DNA of 64,000 nucleotides from Eledone cirrhosa (lineage: Eukaryota): contig OZ024751.1 in assembly GCA_964016885.1 (NCBI GenBank), positions 23,498,001-23,562,000 of the forward strand, in the 5' to 3' direction. Under the pieces are notes generated by a model. That model ran no database searches. It was not told the DNA's origin and saw only the letters and a program-made list of their open reading frames with translations. Shown here in pieces: positions 60,069-64,000 of this stretch (its first letter is position 1; every line of letters starts with the position of its first letter). A program made the translations under genes and the position numbers.

Positions 60069-60491
60069 TAGGAGGTGAGTTTTATTGTAGTACAATAAAG
60101 CAATGCAGATATCGGATAAGTAGCACTCAACACTTTATTGGACTGGAGTATAAATAATAATATATAAGATCAAAAGATGGTTAAAAGAGTTCCATGTATT
60201 TTATTATGCGCATTTCAAAAACAAATATCATCATGCAATAACATTTGCGTTTTCGTCAGATAAAATAGGGAGACATGATATGAAGGTTAAAACACACTTG
60301 TGAATAGTGCAGTTTTAAATCAACATATGTTGATTTAAAACTGCACTATTCACAAGTGTGTTTTAACCTTCATATCATGTATCCCTCTTTTATCTGACGA
60401 AAACGCAAATGTTATTGCATGATGATATTTGTTTTTGAAATGCGCATAATAAAATACATGGAACTCTTTTAACCATCTTTTGATCTTATAT

Positions 60492-60492
<1 letters not shown>
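60069..60492. mobile_element. Family B inverted pair carrying two HHRs (60197-60267 minus, 60388-60454 plus)
   Basis: Perfect centre AAATCAACATATGTTGATTT; cores CTGACGA. Confidence 0.85.
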
Positions 60493-60539
<47 letters not shown>

Positions 60540-61250
60540 ATATATATATATATGTATGTATGTGTGCGTGTGTGTATGTTTACAATCGACGGGTTATGAA
60601 ATTATGAGATATGGCCCGCGCCTTAATATAGAATATGAAACCACATTATTATGAACTCGAATTTGTTAACTAAACCGTCAACAGACATTACTGCTAAGAA
60701 AACATTTTCCCAAACGCCCCTTTAAATAATTCACTGGCTAATTGCTTAGCGCTCGAGAAATATTTGCTCGTAATTTCCTATTCGAGTTGTCATATTCGAA
60801 ATTGAATGAACAAAGTTAATATATGGAAGCCGACAAGTGAAGTAAAATAATGTACCACAAGGAGCGTTATTAGCAGTAAATGTCATGTTATGATCAGGAG
60901 AATCATTCGTTTAGCTAATGTTAGTCTAATCAATAATATTGGTAATAAGTGCGAAGGAAACCAAGCAGAATTTACTGAAAATAATTTGCTGTCGTTGATT
61001 TAAGTAAACATTCAAATTAAAGTGTATCTATTGAAAAATATAACCGATCATTATCTCGTTGGAGAGAGTAATTTCAGTACAATCCTATTTACTTACTGTT
61101 TATTGAGTGCAAATACATACATACAGACGCACAAAAGTGTATACAAATATGTATACTTACATATATATATATAAATACTTACATATATATATACATACAA
61201 ACATACATACATATATATATATATACATATATACACATAGATACACACAT

Positions 61251-61281
<31 letters not shown>

Positions 61282-62974
61282 ATCACACACACACACATAT
61301 ATATATATAAATGCGTGTATGTTTGTAAGCATGTATGTATGTAAGATATTCAAACGTCCAGGTAGCATATATACTCCCCCTCCCCACACGATACACACAC
61401 ACACACTTACAGACACACACATATATATATATATATATATAAAATATATACGTGTGTATTTGAGTGTTTCTCCTTTGATATAGCCAAGGATGAAATGGAA
61501 TAGATTAAAATGAGAAAAGAAGAAGAAAATGAGAGAGAGAGAGACTGAAAGGGAGAGAGAGGGAGAGAGAGAGAAAAAAAAAGAAAGAAATAGATAGATA
61601 GAGATAGATATATAGAGAGAAAGAGACGGAATATCTGCCACACAACTAATTTCTCATTTACCATTAAAATATTGATTTTTGTTGGATTATAAAAAAATGT
61701 CGAACATAAAATTTTCTACGCAGGTTTAAACATTCATCTATTTCTTCTTAAATTTATGAATATTGGGTAAGAGGGGATGAATAATATTTTTCCACGGTTA
61801 TACCTCAGTATGATTGCCTCTTCTCGCCAACACAAATATAATAACATGTTGATGATGGTTCTTCTCTTCATGCCCCACAGCGCTAACCGGCGCCATGTTC
61901 AATCGAGAAGTTTGTTTAAAAATGAAGTAAAAATTACAAGAAAATCTCCACCTCCAAAAACCAAATCAAAACCAACAAAAAACAAAAGCCTCGGTACATA
62001 GTATTGACTTGTAGTATAAAGTGATTTCCAACCTCATGAAAGGAAAACGTCGAAGCGTATGAAAGACGCCATTTAAAGAAAAATATTTTCAATTTTATAG
62101 GTCGGTTAATCTCGCGTGAAGTCTAGTAATTTATTTTCGTTTTCTTCAGAAACATGAAAATATCAAATTAGTTTCTTTTATATTGCAAATTTGTCTACGT
62201 TCTCCATCATTTCTTTCTGTCTTGTTACAAAAATGAAATTGTTAATGACTAACCCTGAAGTCAAATTACTGAGTGATAAACAACGAAACAACATTCTGTG
62301 GTCATAATAACGGAATAAAAAGAACACTAAACTTTAATGTTATGTATTCTATCAAAAGAGGAGAATTCAACTAAAGACAAAAAAAGAAAAAAAAAGAATT
62401 AAAATGGCATCCATATATTTTATAGAGCCAACTTTGTGTATATTTTGTATATATTTGTAATGTTAAACTGAATAATAACATTTTTTTTTTTGAAAAAAAT
62501 ATATACAGTCCAAACGTGTGTTTAACTGCAAACGTTGTTTTACATTTGTACTGTGACAAATATTTTTCTGTATTTCTATATTAGTTACTGCTTTTGATGT
62601 CAGTGCAATGGCAGAGTCGATAGAACGCCGGACAAGTGCTTAGCATTATTTGTTCCAGTATAGCTTTATGTCGCGGTATATGAACCAAGAAGAGACAACA
62701 CTAAAATACGAATTTTGTAGACAGATCTTTATTCACGACTGATATCTTTTAGCCTTTAGTTTTACTAAACGCTAGTTGTAAACACCAGAGTTATTAGACG
62801 CTAGAGTTGCTCCCCTTTTCTCCCGTTGCATTATGGGAATCACTGGTGCAGACAACAATTGTAACCTATTTGCTGCTGGTAGTATTTAATGTGAGTGTGT
62901 TTAAGTCTACATGACAGAGCTATTTCGTATAATCTGCTGCTTGCTTACTTGCATAATCTACACCATTTCTTTAT

Positions 62975-63603
62975 TTTCTGAGTTCAAATACTCTCGATGT
63001 AAATTTTACCTTTCATCCTTCAGTGGTCGATAAAATAAAATACTAGTAAAGTATTAGCACTTGGGTTGCTTTCCAGCATAGAGCTACAACCCATTACGGA
63101 TTGAGTTCAAATCCCGCCGAGGTTAACTTTGATAAAATAAAGTACCAGTAATGCACTGGGTGATTGCTGGCCTTGTGCCAAAAGTATAAATCATTATATT
63201 AGTTATTTTTTTAGTGTTTCATATTTTTGTTATTGTCGAATATTTCACTGGTAGACATAATATGTTGTTTAAAGTAAAGTAACAAATCTGTCGCTCTCCA
63301 ACTTCCGTAGACAACAGTAATTATATCTTATCCGATTCAAATGGCGTATATATATACAGCTAGCACTCACAAACTGACATACTCACGCATGCGTGCGCAC
63401 AGATGTGCACACACACGCAGACGTACACAAATCTATTTAACGGCAGTATCGGTAGAGGGTTGGACGCCATGCTTTGAAGCATAGAGTTACCTCCTTGTAT
63501 GATCTGAGTTCAAATCCCGCCGAGGTTAACTTTGCCTTTCATCCTTACGGGGTCGATAATGAACTGGGTAATTGCTGGCCTTGTGCCAAAAGTAGAAACA
63601 ATT
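62975..63603 (+). mobile_element. SINE fragments (62975-63055, 63065-63195, 63440-63603)
   Basis: GAGTTCAAATCCCGCCGAGGTTAACTTTG..GCTGGCCTTGTGCCAAAAG. Confidence 0.75.
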
Positions 63604-63617
63604 ATCTATCATATCTA

Positions 63618-63691
<74 letters not shown>

Positions 63692-63810
63692 TCTCTCTCA
63701 CACATACATTCATACATACATACATGATGGCTGCCCCCTCGTTATCGAGTATGGCCATTGCACGAGAATAAAAAAAAAAATAATTAAAAAAAATAATAAT
63801 AAAAAAAAAG

Positions 63811-63855
<45 letters not shown>

Positions 63856-64000
63856 CATACATATATACATACACACATACATACACATACACACACACAT
63901 ATACACACATACATTAATAACAATAATAATAATAATAATAATAATAATAGCAATAATAATAATAACGACAACAACAATAATAATATACATATTCATATAT

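Overview
AT-rich eukaryotic, gene-poor repeat DNA. The SINE, LINE and microsatellite make-up suggests an octopod cephalopod (inference). I found no host protein-coding gene; almost all listed ORFs are microsatellite read-throughs. Real coding remnants are all retrotransposon-derived: R4/Dong-like RLE LINEs sitting in (TAA)n and in (CATA)n, an internally deleted L1/Tx1-like element in (AAT)n, RTE derivatives, and a Penelope-like (PLE) GIY-YIG C-terminus. There are many tRNA-derived SINEs and a 39-bp minisatellite. The main signal lies inside the (TA)n tracts: roughly ten largely unrelated families of short non-coding elements. Most are asymmetric palindromes, and each carries a complete or partial type I hammerhead ribozyme (HHR) fold. 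They include rare U3:A8 core variants (UUGAAAA, UUGAUAA) and a 595-nt retrozyme-like unit with a terminal direct repeat. Folds and alignments were done by eye, element boundaries are approximate, and ribozyme activity is untested.
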